64,000 bases of DNA, taken from contig OZ242351.1 in the NCBI GenBank assembly GCA_965208675.1, positions 32,001-96,000 of the forward strand, given 5' to 3'. The translations under genes and the position numbers were made by a program. The notes beneath the pieces are model-generated. The model had not been told where the DNA came from, made no database searches, and was given only the letters and a program-made list of their open reading frames with translations. This stretch comes from Candidatus Poribacteria bacterium (lineage in GTDB: Bacteria > Poribacteria > WGA-4E > PCPOR2b). Each line of letters opens with the position of its first letter. The stretch's first letter is position 1. Shown in pieces: positions 61,714 through 64,000 of the stretch.

Positions 61714-62166
61714 ATGCACATTTTCATTACCCCGTTTGGTATGTCCTACGGTGTACTCTACTCAGGTATCCTCCTCACTAAACCTGACCACGCCATCGTG
61801 TTGACGAGCCCGGTGGCAGCAAAAAACGTGGAAATCACCGTCGCCGCCGCACGGAAAATTCATCCTAACTTCACTGTTGAAATTTACACGATCGAAGACC
61901 CGTTCGCTGGGTTTGTACAAGGCCGTCAGTTGGCAATAATGCTCGCACAGCAACTGTGTGCGCATGAAGATGGGAATGAAAACCGATATACTGTTTCGAT
62001 TACGGGCGGCACAACCGCGCTGCAAGATGCTGCCAAATGTCTTGCAGATCAACTTCAGGCGCGTCAGGTTGCATTAATCGATCGGCGCAATTAGGAGGAA
62101 AAACGGACGAATCCATTAGTGGTCGGTGAATTGATTGAGATTTCGAAAGGTTGTACTTCCTCATAA
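61714..62166 (+). CDS. Small stand-alone CARF-like protein with probable premature TAG at 62092-62094
   Basis: ITPFGMSYGVLYS, LTS, VSITGGTTALQ; frame continues after TAG as EEKRTNPLVVGELIEI to TAA 62166. Confidence 0.6.
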
Positions 62167-62259
62167 CATTCCCCGCTAGGGACAAACTTAGATGATAGAT
62201 CCACATAACCGAACACGGTTTCCTTGTTCACTCACGAATAATGTCCCGGAGGTAACCCC

Positions 62260-63027
62260 ATGCGAATCAAAATAACATGCGGCATCGGCAAGGGCATTGT
62301 CCTTCCGATTAACTACAACCACCTTCTTACAGGGGTTATCTATCAATTCCTCAAGGAATCCGATCCCGAATATGCCGATTTCCTCCACCATACCGGCTAT
62401 GAACTCGAGAATCGGCGTTTCAAACTGTTCACATTCTCCCAGCTAATGGCAAAACGGCGAGAAATCCGAGGCGATCGAATCCACTTCCGTTCACCGCTGA
62501 CGTGGTTCGTCTCCTCCTCCCAGGAGCCGTTTCTACAAAACTTCGCTGCCTCGCTGATGGGGACTGGAATCCTACGAATTGAGCGTCACAGCCTTCGCGT
62601 CCAAGATGTCGAGGCACTGCGTCAACCCCGCTTTGGACAGAAGATGGCTTTCCGATGCATTTCGCCGATTACAATGTCCACCAAACGCGAGCACGACGGC
62701 AAACTGGGCGCGCACTACTGCCTCCCCGATGACCCGCAGTTTTCCGACTTGGTTCGGCAGAACCTAATCCGGAAATTCGAAGCAGTGCACCAACGCCCGC
62801 CGACGGATAAATCGTTTGCGATGACCTTCGATCAGGCGTACATCGACAAACGGGAGGGACGCGTGACACGCTTAGTTGACTACAAAGGCATCAAAATTCG
62901 TGGTGTCGTCTCTCCCTTTCACGTCATCGGTGCACCCGAGTTAATCCGCGTCGGCTACGAATGCGGCTTTGGCGATAAAAATAGCGCGGGATTTGGGATG
63001 GTGGAGGTTTTAAGGCAAAAAGTGTGA
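62260..63027 (+). CDS. cas6: CRISPR endoribonuclease Cas6
   Basis: LPINYNH, FKLFTFSQL, G-rich loop GFGDKNSAGFGMV; GGAGG RBS. Confidence 0.95.
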   Translation: MRIKITCGIGKGIVLPINYNHLLTGVIYQFLKESDPEYADFLHHTGYELENRRFKLFTFSQLMAKRREIRGDRIHFRSPLTWFVSSSQEPFLQNFAASLMGTGILRIERHSLRVQDVEALRQPRFGQKMAFRCISPITMSTKREHDGKLGAHYCLPDDPQFSDLVRQNLIRKFEAVHQRPPTDKSFAMTFDQAYIDKREGRVTRLVDYKGIKIRGVVSPFHVIGAPELIRVGYECGFGDKNSAGFGMVEVLRQKV

Positions 63028-63097
63028 AATATATGTTGACTTAATATGTGCGGAGAGATTTGATTATGATTCAGTTTTCGCTGAAGGAAGGATACGA

Positions 63098-64000
63098 ATG
63101 GCAATATATGAAAAACTGATGGGCAATCCATTTGTTGATGCGGGGGTGAGTGCGATTTGTGCGTGGCTGGGACCAGGTACTCAACCAGAAGAGATCTCAA
63201 CCGAAGATTTGCAAATTCTGATAAATCAATTTGCTCCAATTTATTGTACCCCTGAATGGATTAAGAATCTCTATTCAATTTTTCCAAACAGTCCTGTTAC
63301 CTATACTGCGCGTGGAAGCAACGATAGCGTAACAAAACTTGTATCTAAATGGTCGAACTGGTGCAAGAAAATCGCGCCAATGAGTAAAACAGGTGATTGC
63401 CTTGGATGTGGACGCCGAGTGACAATGGAGAAATTACTTACAAAAACTGATGTGCCCTTAACCGGTTCGGGCAGCCTACGAAATTTCTTTCCGTTGTTTA
63501 GTGATGGGCAAGGGTATTGTGCCGCTTGTGCCTTGGCGGTTCAGTTTGTGCCGCTTTCCTTGGTTTCTAGTGGCGGTAAATTCCTTATGTTGCACTCAAA
63601 CGGTTGGCGGGTTCAAAGGAAGTGGTCGCAGATTTGCGTTTCCGATATTCAAAGTCGTGCTGCGCGAAATGAAATTACTGGCTGTTTCAGCCCGGGATAC
63701 ATCAATCCGCGTAACGGTCTATTTTACATGGCGAGACAATTGATTGATTATGAGGAACGTCGTGCTACCGAAAATATAACGATGCAAATTTTCTATTTTT
63801 CCAACTACAATCAAGGTCCAGAGCTTGAAATCTTTCATCTGCCAGCGCCGGTCTTCCGCTTCCTACGTTACGCTTACCAGACCGAATTTCGCCGGCCATG
63901 GCAACGAATCGTCCGAAGCGGATATCGGTATGTCAAATGGGACAAAGTTGAATCAGAGGAGGATTACAAAAACAAGATTAATCTCATTTACGAATTTTTG
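63098..64000 (+). CDS. Type I-B Cas8 (Cas8a1/Cst1, CXXC-CXXC), partial at window edge
   Basis: Hand translation: MAIYEKLMGNPFVDAG...IFPNS...CLGCG...PLTGSGSLRNFFP...CAACALAVQFVPL...FSNYNQGP; absent from the ORF track because it has no stop in the window. Confidence 0.85.
   Translation, partial: MAIYEKLMGNPFVDAGVSAICAWLGPGTQPEEISTEDLQILINQFAPIYCTPEWIKNLYSIFPNSPVTYTARGSNDSVTKLVSKWSNWCKKIAPMSKTGDCLGCGRRVTMEKLLTKTDVPLTGSGSLRNFFPLFSDGQGYCAACALAVQFVPLSLVSSGGKFLMLHSNGWRVQRKWSQICVSDIQSRAARNEITGCFSPGYINPRNGLFYMARQLIDYEERRATENITMQIFYFSNYNQGPELEIFHLPAPVFRFLRYAYQTEFRRPWQRIVRSGYRYVKWDKVESEEDYKNKINLIYEFL

Overview
A 64-kb bacterial chromosomal window, most likely Candidatus Poribacteria. That assignment is inferred from a LamG protein with the C-terminal AVxPxGKxxTTW motif, a PhyH dioxygenase, a UBact locus and GTAG-initiated REP-like repeats. 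The left half is mostly housekeeping: glycosyltransferases, comEA, zapA, aroE, fused IOR, recN-nadK, surE, tyrS, msrA, MacAB-like exporter, rpoZ, lpxL-lptCAB-rpoN-hpf-hprK-HPr and valS. The right half holds a complete UBact-proteasome operon (arc-dop-ubact-prcB-prcA-pafA), an imuB-like/dnaE2/SRAP mutagenesis cassette, a repeat-dense decaying region, and a type III-A CRISPR-Cas operon with three CARF-family genes followed by cas6 and the start of a type I-B cas8. No CRISPR array, rRNA or tRNA is visible. The top novelty candidate is a ~570-nt, hairpin-rich element with no credible ORF (23427-23996, minus strand) behind a near-consensus sigma70 promoter, which looks like an unannotated large structured RNA. 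Family assignments come from motif recognition only; no database searches or folding computations were run.
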